A stretch of DNA of 62,592 bases, the filler included, from Choristocarpus tenellus KU-1152 (taxonomy: Eukaryota; Protista; Phaeophyceae), in NCBI GenBank assembly GCA_964200185.2. It is 16 parts of 16 records of this genome, joined end to end, with 100 filler letters (N's around TTAATTAATTAA, not from the genome) between each part and the next. Parts side by side here need not be neighbours in the genome. Positions count along the whole stretch, not along the records: positions 47,728 to 50,581 come from CAXNAD020024176.1; positions 50,682 to 57,165 come from CAXNAD020008039.1; positions 57,266 to 59,814 come from CAXNAD020026863.1; positions 59,915 to 62,592 come from CAXNAD020025722.1; 12 more parts are not named here. One strand, written 5' to 3'. Of this stretch, positions 48,958 through 60,159 are shown one piece after another. Numbering within the stretch: position 1 is the first letter of the stretch; every line of letters starts with the position of its first letter. The notes under the pieces were generated by a model, which saw nothing but the letters and a program-made list of their open reading frames with translations, was not told where the DNA came from and did not search any database. The position numbers were made by a program, and so were the translations under genes.

Positions 48958-50581
48958 CCCCTACCTGGTGGGATTTTTCGGTGGAGTTGGAAACATTGGC
49001 GTTGGGGTCCCAAATGGGGTAGAACGTGCACTCCTAGACATTCGCCCAAGGAATGAGTGTGGAGAATGGGTTATCAGTCTAGATGAAAGAAATGCTTTCA
49101 ATAGTGTGCACCACTCGGCCTTCATCAAGGCTCTCCCAGAGACTCTACCAGGACTCCTACCTTGTGTCTCCAAGGTATATGGGGACATCCGAAATCTACA
49201 TTTCCCCCTGGATGAGGGAGGGATGAAGATCCTACCGTCAAGATCAGAGGCAGAACAAGAAGACCCCCTGGGCCCCCTCTTATACTGCATGGCAACACAT
49301 AAGGCACTACAGCAGATCCAATCTGCTTTTGGATCCCAGGGTATTTTCCCCCGAAGCTATCTGGACGACACATCCATATCTGGAAGGGACGTCGACCCTG
49401 ACACCATAGCTGCTTTCGGTCAGTTAAAAACTATCTCCATGCGGTAGGCATTGACTTGGATATGGACAAGACCTTTGCCGCATCTCCCCAGGGTCACCAG
49501 CCCACGTCCCCAGAACTGGAGCTTCTTTCTACAGCGGGAATCAACCTAGCCCTGAACCCCAATGGTTTTGTCACATTGGGAACAAATAGATTTATTCAAG
49601 CCCATATGGCTGAGGTGATCGAGAGCTCTAGGACACGAACTTGGCCACACACCTCAGTGAGATGGGGGACAAATAGGTGGCCTGGTTCCTCAACTCCTGG
49701 TCCCTCTCCTCCCACCTAGGCTATGTTGCGAGGGTCACCCCCCCCCTCCTGGCACGCTCCACCATCGAGCAAACAGACAACACCTCATTTTGGACAATAG
49801 AGAAGATAATAGAGGTAGCAGACTCAACAGAGATGACGGAATTTTTTGAGGGGGGGTGTAACAATGGATCTCTCCACCTAGAGACCCACCAATAAGTACA
49901 GGCACAGATGCCCACAGGTGCGGGGGGCTTGGGCCTCTCCTCTATGAAACACCGCCAACACGTGACTTTCGTAGGATCACTGGTGGCCACTCTCCCCATC
50001 ATCCCAGCAAGGCAGCGAGGACCTCATGGCGAGTCCTTCTCATAAGCTGTTTGCACAAGCCCACAGTAACAGACTTTAGGATAATCCATTCACACCCTCC
50101 ATTCTATTCTACAGGTACCCCCCCAGAAGACCTTGCAGAAATCATTGGCCAAGACTGGGTAACCTGGGGGGGAACAACATCCCCCGCACCTGCCACAGAA
50201 GTCCACATCCTGGCAGCTTATGACACCAGGATCACGAGGAGGGCTCAACATGAGATCACACGCCTTCTGAACAGGATCCGTTTCAACTCTTTTTGGACAC
50301 AACTAGTCGGCTTACCAAGTGAAGTACAACAGGGGAAGGAAACTTCCTCATTAGCCCTAACACCCCACCAGAGCCAGTGTTTACAAGGGGCAAACGCATG
50401 GGCCCCAACGCAACCCCTGGAGCCGACATGCCAGATCCCCCCTATAGAATTCAATCTCACAGTCAGCAGATCCCTAGGGAGGGAGGAGGCCCTATCAAAC
50501 AGGTGCCCAGTGGTGGGGTGCAGGAGGCAAAACGTCGATACCAGACATGCCCATACCTTCCCCAGGGCAGGAGGCCAGGTG
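48958..50581 (+). mobile_element. CRE-like non-LTR retrotransposon (RT plus C-terminal Cys/His region), 5'-truncated and decayed
   Basis: GVGVPNGVE, LDERNAFNSV, decayed QGDPLGP (EQEDPLGPLLY), YLDD at 49358-49369, MP.GAGGLGL, GANAW..TQP and CPVVGC...DTRHAH; stops and frameshifts present. Confidence 0.85.
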
Positions 50582-52786
50582 NNNNNNNNNNNNNNNNNNN
50601 NNNNNNNNNNNNNNNNNNNNNNNNNTTAATTAATTAANNNNNNNNNNNNNNNNNNNNNNNNNNNNNNNNNNNNNNNNNNNNCTGCAGGTCGTGGTCTGTC
50701 GGGGGGAGGGGGGGGGGGGGGATAGTGCACCGTGTGAGGTTTTTAGACAACAACCCGTGCAAATGTGTTAGGCGTTCGGAACGAAGTTGGTCGGGGAACA
50801 GTTTTGATTGTAAAGAGAAGTGTTCTCTCTTTCTTTCTTTCTTTCTTTCTTTCTTTTTTTTTTTTCGTTGCAGTATGCCCGCCTCAAGCGAGGTCAACAA
50901 CAACGGATGTACTACGCTATGTAAAGAGGACCCGCTGCTACACTTGAGGCCTTGCCGGGACTCATCCCGATTTGCCCCTTCCTCGTCGCGTGGCTCCCTC
51001 ACAGTGTAGATGAGTGGCGTGGTCCTGATCTTTGCGGATGACACCGCCGTCCTCCCTTAGATGGCAAGAGTAAGTAAGCCAGGCGGGCTGGGCTTGCATT
51101 GCTTGTAAGGGAGAGAGAGAGAGAGAGTAGTCATACTGCATTTTTATTTATTTTTATTTTCCTGGCTTTTGCACGTAGTGGGTTGGAAGGCGATGCTATA
51201 TTACATGTGATGTGTGTTTTGTGTCCGTGTGTCCGTGTGAGTGGCGTGTTTGTGTAGGAACAGCTTGATTCACCTTTTTTGTATTGAGTGTTCTTTTTAC
51301 GGGGTACTGCATTGTCTCCTTGTTGGTGCAGTATGCACGAGATACAGACTGTTCTGCTTGGCGATTTTTTTTTTTCTTGGGTGCGGTTGCATAGATAGCT
51401 TAAGAAATAAAATAATACAACCATGCGTGTATCATTTATTTATTTTTTCACTTTGGAGGGTGTTGTTTGTGTTGACAGTTTTTTAATTTAAGTTCTACAA
51501 CAGGGAAGCAAAACTGGCTCTTTTAGGTAGAGGTGACTTAAGAGAAACTAACTCCGCTACAAATTTGCTTTGGTCGGGAGTGCTCCTTGTTTCAAAATTA
51601 GGTGGGAAAAGAATGCAGCGACCTTCCTGCTGTTATTGTTATCGCTGTTACGGTATCATCTTGATGCTTTGGAGGAGGAGTTTTGAGCACTACACATCTA
51701 ACATGGGGATCACTTGAGCGCAGATTCGCTCATTGAAAAACAAGAGTGACATTTCGTAGAAACCGTGCGTTTTTTTTTTTTTTAATAGAACTGAAACCAA
51801 TTTTTCTCGTGAATTCTAACTTATATAGTTTATCACTGGTGGGGGGAGTTTGTTGAATGACTCGTAATCTCGAGCTTTGTCATGCGCGCGCGCGCGCTCA
51901 GTTGGCATTTAGAGTTCAATATAGAATATACTATTGTGTTATTATTGTCCTATTGCACCTACCTCACTCCGTTGTCGCAGTAACTAGTTCATCTCAATAT
52001 ATATGATACAGATTCTTGTATATGCCAAGCAGTCAGCAAAACATTGTGTCCCTACTCCGAAAAAAACTCGACGCTATAAAATCAATACAACTATTATTAC
52101 TAGTAGTAGAAGTAGTAGTGATATACGATCGTCATATTATCAGTACTGCTTTTCCGAAAAATTTTCCGAAAAAAAATCTATATTTCACAGAGGGACCAAG
52201 CATTATGTCCATTGTTCCTTATCATCACCTTTTTGACCCTCCTCTCCTCCATTGGGGGAATGCAATCGGAGAAGTAGATAAGAGTGAGCAATGTCCAGTT
52301 ATTGCATATTTTCATTGCATAACAATGATGATAACAAAGGTGGTTCGATGATGAGTTCAACAAGAGTGTATGGTACTCTACTTGAAGTAGTACATAATAA
52401 TGTGATACATACACCCATCGTATAATGCAGTGATTTTGTCTATGTTGCGGTCGCGTTTCGAAGAGCGTACACTGTACACGATCTGTGAGGTTTTGTCTAA
52501 ATTCTTGTGCTCCCTCAGAGCACACTGCCACAATTTATGGTGTAAGTACAGTGTAAATAGGTACCAGTCGTAACCCTACCTGTATTTCGATCCTCTTTCA
52601 GCATACAAAGAAAAATTACCCATCCATTGTTATGCGGCAACCAATTCCGGTGCATTATACTTCAGGAACCCATTTAGCGATATATTGCAGGGATACGACT
52701 ACCCTGAGTAGTACATACTATACACTCATTCTTCTTGTTAACTACTACAAAATTGGTAGTAGTATTAATGGCGTTACTGTAATGAT

Positions 52787-52820
<34 letters not shown>
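52787..52820. repeat. (AGT)n microsatellite
   Basis: Visible tract. Confidence 0.95.
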
Positions 52821-52821
<1 letters not shown>

Positions 52822-54152
52822 ACAGAAGTAGTACTGGCATTGCTCTAAAAATATTTAATATGGAAATTGAGAGCAATATCTGTCCTGTGGGAGGATACTA
52901 TTTTGGGCAGTGTACACTCACTATCGTTCTGAAAGGTGCACTCGTAGGTAGTGGAGTGTACATAGAGCAACAATAAAGTGGTATGCATGCAGTAACAACT
53001 CCTCCACAGCACATTTCCTCAGCAGCATCACCGAATGCAAGGATATGCCAATCTACCACCCAGAAGAGAGTGTAAGGCTGACAAAGAGAGGTTATGCTAT
53101 GGTGTATATTTTAACAAAATCAATCAGGTCACGACATATTGATAAGTTAGCCAATTGAGCACGCACTTCCTATTTCCTTTGGGGGAATCATCAGAGAGCG
53201 TGCACAGAAGGATACATCCAGAAATCTAGCCCGATTCTATTAATGTATGTAAGCAGACTTTTTATTTGCCACACCTAAGAGAGAATTCATAAAGGTTGAA
53301 GTAAGAAGACAAGGAGCCTTTAATGACTGTCACATAACGTCTATGAATAAAATCCAGCACATCCAAATGCCAACCAATACATACCAACACAGTAGTAGAG
53401 ACACACAACACACACACACAGATTGAACATTACTCCGCAAAAAAATGACTTCCGTGAGACAGCCCTGGTCCCACTTCACAGCACTCATTTCAGGGACTTC
53501 GGTGAGGTCTAGGTATCAACCCCTGTGACCATTTTTGAGGTGTTAACACCTACGACCCTTTTGAATTACATACCATGGCATTGCTGCTATCGGAAAACTC
53601 AGCACACATGGAAGTGCCCATGCTATTATTGACCTCAAATCCCTCTGCCCTTGTTTCACGCTGCTGAAAGTAGGAGACCACAGAGGACGAAACAACAGGC
53701 CACACTCCCAATCACAAGAACCACTATTAGCGACAATGTTTATCAACACAAAACATACAAAACATACACACAATAATAGCACGTGTACCACTGAGGATAA
53801 GTGATAAAAACATGAGTAAATACATACATCTCTTTTGACTTCCCTCCTCCCTCCACAAAAACAATAAACAGTGCTTTGACACAAATCTCCATAGGGGAAC
53901 ACGACAAAACGTACCCTCGTTTGCCAGATGATCAGTACATAGAGCCATCTCAAATCTGTGTACTTATCACACTACCACCCAGCACGTGAACGTATCCCTG
54001 ATGTTCAGGCTGTTGCCCCTAGCCCCGTTTCCACACCTTGTCTCCGCACAGCATACTCAAGTCCATTCCTGCCACCATATCACCCACCACAACCTCCCCT
54101 TCCCTCACCATGGCTGCAACATGCTGCAGAGTGGGGTGTATATAGCAGGTGG

Positions 54153-55531
54153 CTAGGAGATCCGGGGATTGAGTACCGCAATCCTTTCCAACACTTTGTC
54201 AATGAATTCTTGTCTTCCATTTCCAGGACAGCTCTCAAGAGCCTTCTCAAGACACGGTCGCCGGTCCACCTACAGCATCGCCAATAGTGAACGAGGTGGT
54301 CCAAAAATGGGAAAGTTGAAGGTAGTGAATTTTTGGGGTGCGAGTTTTGAGGTTGTGGTCGTTGGCTATCACCTCTTGTAACCTCTCACCTTATCCAGGT
54401 CCATAAGTTCATGAATGTCAAACTCTATGGGCAATTCGTCCTCATCCTCCACCTGCGCCATCATTGAAAATAACAAGTTAACTATTCAATAGAGGTAAAG
54501 AAGAATTGAGCATGAGGGGGAGGTCGCTAGGAGGATAAACATGACTCCAATAAACACCATAGATGGTTGAGCAAGCGGGACAGGAGTATTGTTGGTTAAG
54601 GTATGAAAGTAAAATTCGTGTACATACACCTTACATCTACTCCTTCACTGCAATATGTCCTCTATCTCCACGGGGTTGTACGGTCAGTTCAGAGAGGGGG
54701 AGATATTGTAGTAAGGGCGAAAGTGTACTAGGGGACAAACAGACAACAGTACCAGATGCTCACAGATTACTGTCTGGTTAGTGAACAAATTCTTGGGTCT
54801 TCCTTTCCCCTACCCTGAAAACCAGGTCTCTGCTATATAACATTACATAAAAAGCCTTCGTAAGTCCATAAATATCTCCCGCCATCGCCCCTCCATACAC
54901 ACATGCAACAGTATTTCCTATACAACGTAACTACCGCTGGAGTGTCCTCTCCATGTGACACAACATCGTACTTTTTGCAATTGCACTTCACTTCAATACA
55001 TGAAGACTACACCATCACAACTCCTCTTCTCCATTTTATCTGGAATCCCTCATTCCCTTGTTCGTCTTTCCCTTGTAAATCTTTGTCTACATGTGCCACC
55101 ACCATCCCCGCACCTTGTACATAACGACAAGTTCATGCAAAGCCTCGACCTCGACCTGAGCAATCTCCTTCAGGATCGACATATTGTACTTTCCAGTATG
55201 CATCTTGTACTCCACCTGAGGACAAACGTGTGGATTGTTCGTTAGATGGATGGTGTAAACAGCTATATTTGATATGTCGCCAACCCAATCAGTTGTTGTA
55301 GGTGATGCTTGATGAGGTCTGTCCCCGAAGTCACAAATAAATGAACTTTGCCAAGTGATGGTTTACACAGTACACAAGCAACGAAATATGCCTCGTTCGC
55401 GAAGCACTGGATTCCTTTGTCAATCTATTTGTTCTCGACAATTAGGCATCAGCGAAGGTAGTGATGGAGGAAGGCAATGCATCATAGCGTAGAGAACTGC
55501 CTACCTTGCTTGATGGCGAAGACTGAATCAT
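54153..55531 (-). CDS. Complete 4-exon gene encoding a 102-aa CPI-17/PHI-1 (PPP1R14)-like protein phosphatase 1 inhibitor
   Basis: Phase-0 GT-AG exons 55505-55531, 55114-55215, 54390-54452 and 54153-54269 give MIQSSPSSKVEYKMHTGKYNMSILKEIAQVEVEALHELVVMYKVEDEDELPIEFDIHELMDLDKVDRRPCLEKALESCPGNGRQEFIDKVLERIAVLNPRIS*. The pattern matches the recalled CPI-17 core. The start codon is the least certain part. Confidence 0.8.
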
Positions 55532-56798
55532 TGGGAAAAGTATTTCAGATGTTCGTCGACGAGTCTTTGGTGTTCCCCCAAAGTCACGGGTGAGGAGTCT
55601 GTGGAGGTAGATGTATTTAGTGAGATCTACACCAGTAAAGTGAAGGTTGGTCCAACTGACGACATATCCTGAATCTGATCAGCTGGCATCATTCTAGTAA
55701 AACTCCTCTCAACTTGGTACATGGCCCAACGAACCTAACATAAATTGATTTGAATTTTCTAGCAGCAAGTTGTTCTGGCCGTTTTGGGGTTATTGGTGTG
55801 GATTCGGATATTATATTTTTTATGACGAAATTGTGGTAGAATATCGCACATGTGCAGCAGGGGTATTCGAAAAGGGGAGACCTGAGACCTGAGAACTGAG
55901 AACTGAGAACCACAAAAACAAAATTAGAAAATTGAAGTGGAGATAGGTCTCAAAAACAAGAAAAAACAATGGAAATTAGAAAAAGAGGGTCAGCGCGTAC
56001 GTAGAAATAACCTATCATAATTGCAAATACCAAATGAAGAAATCAGATATTTGATTGGAAGAGAGAGGTGACATATGGAAATACAAAAAAGAACTAGAAA
56101 ATAGAGGCGGTCCCTTAGATCTACAAGCAAGTACAAGTCGTATATACTTAATTATATATGGAGATATTTGATTGGAAGATTAGAGGATTGATTGCTATTA
56201 GATCCAAGAGAAACTTGAAATGGTTGGTGGATTTCCATGTAGGACCACGTTCATCTATATTTATTTATCCGTCAAAACTACAACCTACAACACATCATTA
56301 TTGTTATATAGATTAAGTTGGGGGAGTTGAAGGTTGAGGTTGAGAGATAGGTGTTTCCGTTTTTGAATCAGAGAAGGATGTCAAGTTCTACATAGATCGA
56401 CGAACTTGCCTCTGTCGTCTGGATGGTACGTGGATGTGAAATAACAGATCAGGTTTATGCAGTTGAATGTGTTTGGGACATCAGGTTAAAGATCTGGTTA
56501 GATATTGCGGTCAGGTCATCTGACGCAAGGTCGTTGAACTGGACAGTGTTCATCTGCATTTAGTTATCGTTGAAGAGGGGATAGGTCGAATAAACATGAA
56601 ACGATAGTCAGTCACACAAGTTTCACGTTCAAACCACTTGTTGACCGTCTGATACGTAAGCAGGGGAGGTATTTCCTCCAATTTTTCAAGTTTTCACGAA
56701 GCAAAGAGAGCAGGATGTAATCAGCGTGAAGCAAGTACATCCTTGAAATAACCAAATCAAAATGAAAATAATTACATGAAACCAAGGAACCAGGCAAT

Positions 56799-57060
56799 AA
56801 CAGCCGATTTCAAAAATTGAGTATGGAGCTTTTCATTGAGGATGGGCTTGACCCAAAATTGACTGGGATAGAGTGTAGATATGTTTTTTGTTTTAAATGA
56901 GCATTGATTGCGATATTTTGTAAAGAAAAAGAAAAAGAAATAAAACGGGGTAACAGATTGACGGTCAGAAAAAAACATATCGATACTTTATCCCAGTCAA
57001 TTTTGATTCAAGCCCATCCTCAATGAAAAGCTCCATCCTCAATTTTTGAAATCGGCCGTT
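56799..57060. mobile_element. Foldback/MITE-like element with ~90-bp inverted arms
   Basis: 56799-56888 is the near reverse complement of 56969-57060. Confidence 0.8.
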
Positions 57061-57127
57061 CTGTGTGTTCGCGCACCCACTCTTTGACATTGGCAAGGAT
57101 GTCCTCGTCGACGCCCAGAACGAAACA

Positions 57128-57165
57128 GGGTCAAAGTATCTGGGGGGAGGGGGTGGTTTGTGAGG
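57128..57165 (+). mobile_element. Repeat family C terminus at the contig end
   Basis: gggtcaaagtatctggggggagggggtg. Confidence 0.7.
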
Positions 57166-57698
57166 NNNNNNNNNNNNNNNNNNNNNNNNNNNNNNNNNNN
57201 NNNNNNNNNTTAATTAATTAANNNNNNNNNNNNNNNNNNNNNNNNNNNNNNNNNNNNNNNNNNNNTGGTATTAATTGCTCGTATAGAAAATCCCCCCCCC
57301 CCCCCCCTCCCCCCTCCCCCCATTTTTTTTTGCCTCTTGCAAGCCGTTCCCCATTTGATTCCTAGTGTTACCAACATGCAATTGCACAAGACAAACGACA
57401 ATTCCTCACTCTTTCCTCTTTAATTGTATACTTCCCCCATCCCCCCAGGGCATTCCCTTTCCTAATAAAGATATAACAATAAACTATAAATAACCCTAAC
57501 CCTAACCCCAACAAAGACCAGTGGAATTGCAAACCATTCAAGACTGAACTGGAAAATAGTCAGCATCACACCAACACAAGAAAAAAATCAATACCCACCT
57601 CATCCATCCCCTCATCACTGTACCAGTTTTCCCATATTCCACCAGCATTATTGGTAGTATAGTTTACCATTAGTGTACTATACTACACTAGACTGTAC

Positions 57699-59378
57699 CT
57701 TTGTTGTTCCTCCAATTGCCTGGCCACCAACAGCTCATACTCTCTAGTGACCACAGACACCTTGTCTCCCTCCTCCAATCCTGACCCTGCCCACCCCGCC
57801 AGTGTGCTCTGCTCCCCTGCCCCAGTGACTGTCCCTGACTGCTGAGAAGGACAAAGAGTACATGGGAACAGGGAGGGGGGGGAGAGAAAGGATTGCTGGG
57901 ATAGTGTCTGAACTTCAACACAGATGAGACAATTTATTTATATCTATATTTCCATTAAAACTGTGTTACTATTGCTAACATATGCAGGGCAAAAAAAGGT
58001 ACACCCTTTGTCAAAGTACGTAATTGCAAATTTGGGGTGTACCTCATACATCGATATCAACCCACCAAACCCCTCATCATTAGTCCGTGACAATCTCCAC
58101 TTCATCTATGGTCAAAACCTTTTCTATTAGTGCTATTATCATTTCATGACCCTGCGCAATTTCAGGCCATCTTTTTATGCCCTGCCCTCAACCATTGCAA
58201 ACCCTAACCCTAACCCTATCATACCTCGAACATATCCTTCCTCCCAATTCACGCCCTCTGGATTCACACAATAAGACTGGTATCTGTTGCAGAAACTTGC
58301 ACCTGGAATGAAGTTGAAAATCTCTCCATCCCAATGGCTGCAGTACCACCAACACCACCCCTAGTTTGTCCATGCCCCTCCTCAATGCCTCCTGTGCCTC
58401 CTCTGCCTAGAGAGCATCTTGGGAGGGTACCAGACCAGGTACTGTGGAACCGTCCCTCTGGGGCCCTGTGGGCAAAGCGATCTCCCTTGTAGTCCCAGAT
58501 GCGACCAGTGCTGAGCTCCAAGCTGTTAGGATGTATTAATAGTTGAGGTTCTCACTGAGGAGTTAACCAAAAGATGCTTAAAATGCGAAAAGTATGTCTT
58601 TTTGCGACTCTTTATGACTTTCCGGTATAGAACTGAACTGGTTCACCCTTCCACTTATGATTCGACTGAATACAAGAAAAAAGGGACCTGAGCAAGAAGA
58701 GCGTCACATTGTGCTTTTAGTTTTTTTTTTCCTTTCTCTGTGCTATCATGCCAATACTATGAGAATAATTATGATATTGTTTTCATATTATTACTATTTT
58801 TCCTTCCAGTTAAGGCGTTTAGGTGTAAAGGTCAGGTTAGGGTTAGGAATGCATGGCAATAGCACATCTGTATGCACCACCTAACCTGGCTGACCAAGTC
58901 TACACAGGTGCTACTTCCTGATGTTAATTGGAACTACCAAGTCTACAACAACGAGGGGAACAACTGGATCAGCTATGTTAACTCCTCTCTCAATCTCCTA
59001 CTGCCTCCCTCACACCACCCTCCTTGCTCCTATGCTATCCCATGCCTTCTCTTCTTCATCAGTCTCTTCAGCAGGACACATCCATCTCCTCTTCTTCATG
59101 GGACAAAGACAAAACAACACCATTCAGGCATTGGCAACTCCTTCCTTTGCCTTGTATTACCCTCATCCATATGAACACACTTTTTTTGTCACCCGACCTA
59201 CTTTCTCGATCTCTTGCTATGTAGTGTTTCAATAGATAAGAAGAGGCCTGTTGAATTGTGAAATTTGTACTGTTGATATGAAATAACACTATCTGGAAAA
59301 ACAGGGTATACCTCTTCTTGTTACCTGTATGAATGCTGGAAGATTCGGAAGTGCTCATTGGCATGCTCTTTGATGTAC
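57699..59378 (-). CDS. BRAP: BRAP2/IMP-like E3 ligase (end of zf-UBP plus start of coiled coil), three internal exons
   Basis: Exons 59325-59378, 58303-58522 and 57699-57838 splice in phase to RYIKEHANEHFRIFQHSYSLELSTGRIWDYKGDRFAHR...DKVSVVTREYELLVARQLEEQQR, matching BRAP RVWDY.GD.YVHR and EY..LL..QLE.QR. Confidence 0.88.
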
Positions 59379-60159
59379 CTGAGAATCAATACATTCCAAA
59401 CAAGTGTACCCAATTTGGAGTGAAAAATTATGTAAGGGTAGGGGGAGGGGGAGGGGGGCAGAAGAGAAAGTAATCACCCACAAAAGATGCCTAGAATGAG
59501 AAAACTATTAAATAGTGCTACTTTGGAGTAAGAAGTAACAGCAATAATAATAATAATAATAAGGATAAATTACCATGTTATGTTACAAGAGATTTTTGAG
59601 ATGCGTTACCAATTTGCATTTTTGATAACAGAAAAAAAAATGTATCTTGTTGAGGGAGGATTATACTTGATGAAAAGATGAGTTGACAGTAACACTAAGC
59701 AAGTTTTAAGTACCAGAGGAGATAGAGTACAATTACGCACAGGTATAAGGTGATCGACCAACCCCCCCCCCCCCAGACTTCCTCTCCGACTTCAGTGACC
59801 ATCAAAGCCCATTGNNNNNNNNNNNNNNNNNNNNNNNNNNNNNNNNNNNNNNNNNNNNTTAATTAATTAANNNNNNNNNNNNNNNNNNNNNNNNNNNNNN
59901 NNNNNNNNNNNNNNCCCCCCTCCCCCCCACCCCCCCCCCCCCCCCCCCCCTCCCTACCTTTCCCTGCTGTCAAAGTCTTCAGATACTAGTATTGTATACA
60001 CCACTGAGGCAATTATCTCACTTGTGGGACTACTGCCCTAGAAAGAGGTATAGTGGTATCTCAAGTATCTCAACTCCTTGCATATGTACATATATATATA
60101 TATATATATTTATGTGCATGTATAGTATTTTTTTTAATTATTATGGCAATTTGAACCAG

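Noticed and set aside
50874-51072. Exon-like segment after a pyrimidine tract
   Set aside because: All three plus-strand frames contain stops; may be UTR or a terminal exon but cannot be assigned
23535-59378. Apparent ubiquitin-pathway cluster (USP plus BRAP)
   Set aside because: The genes are on different contigs separated by artificial spacers
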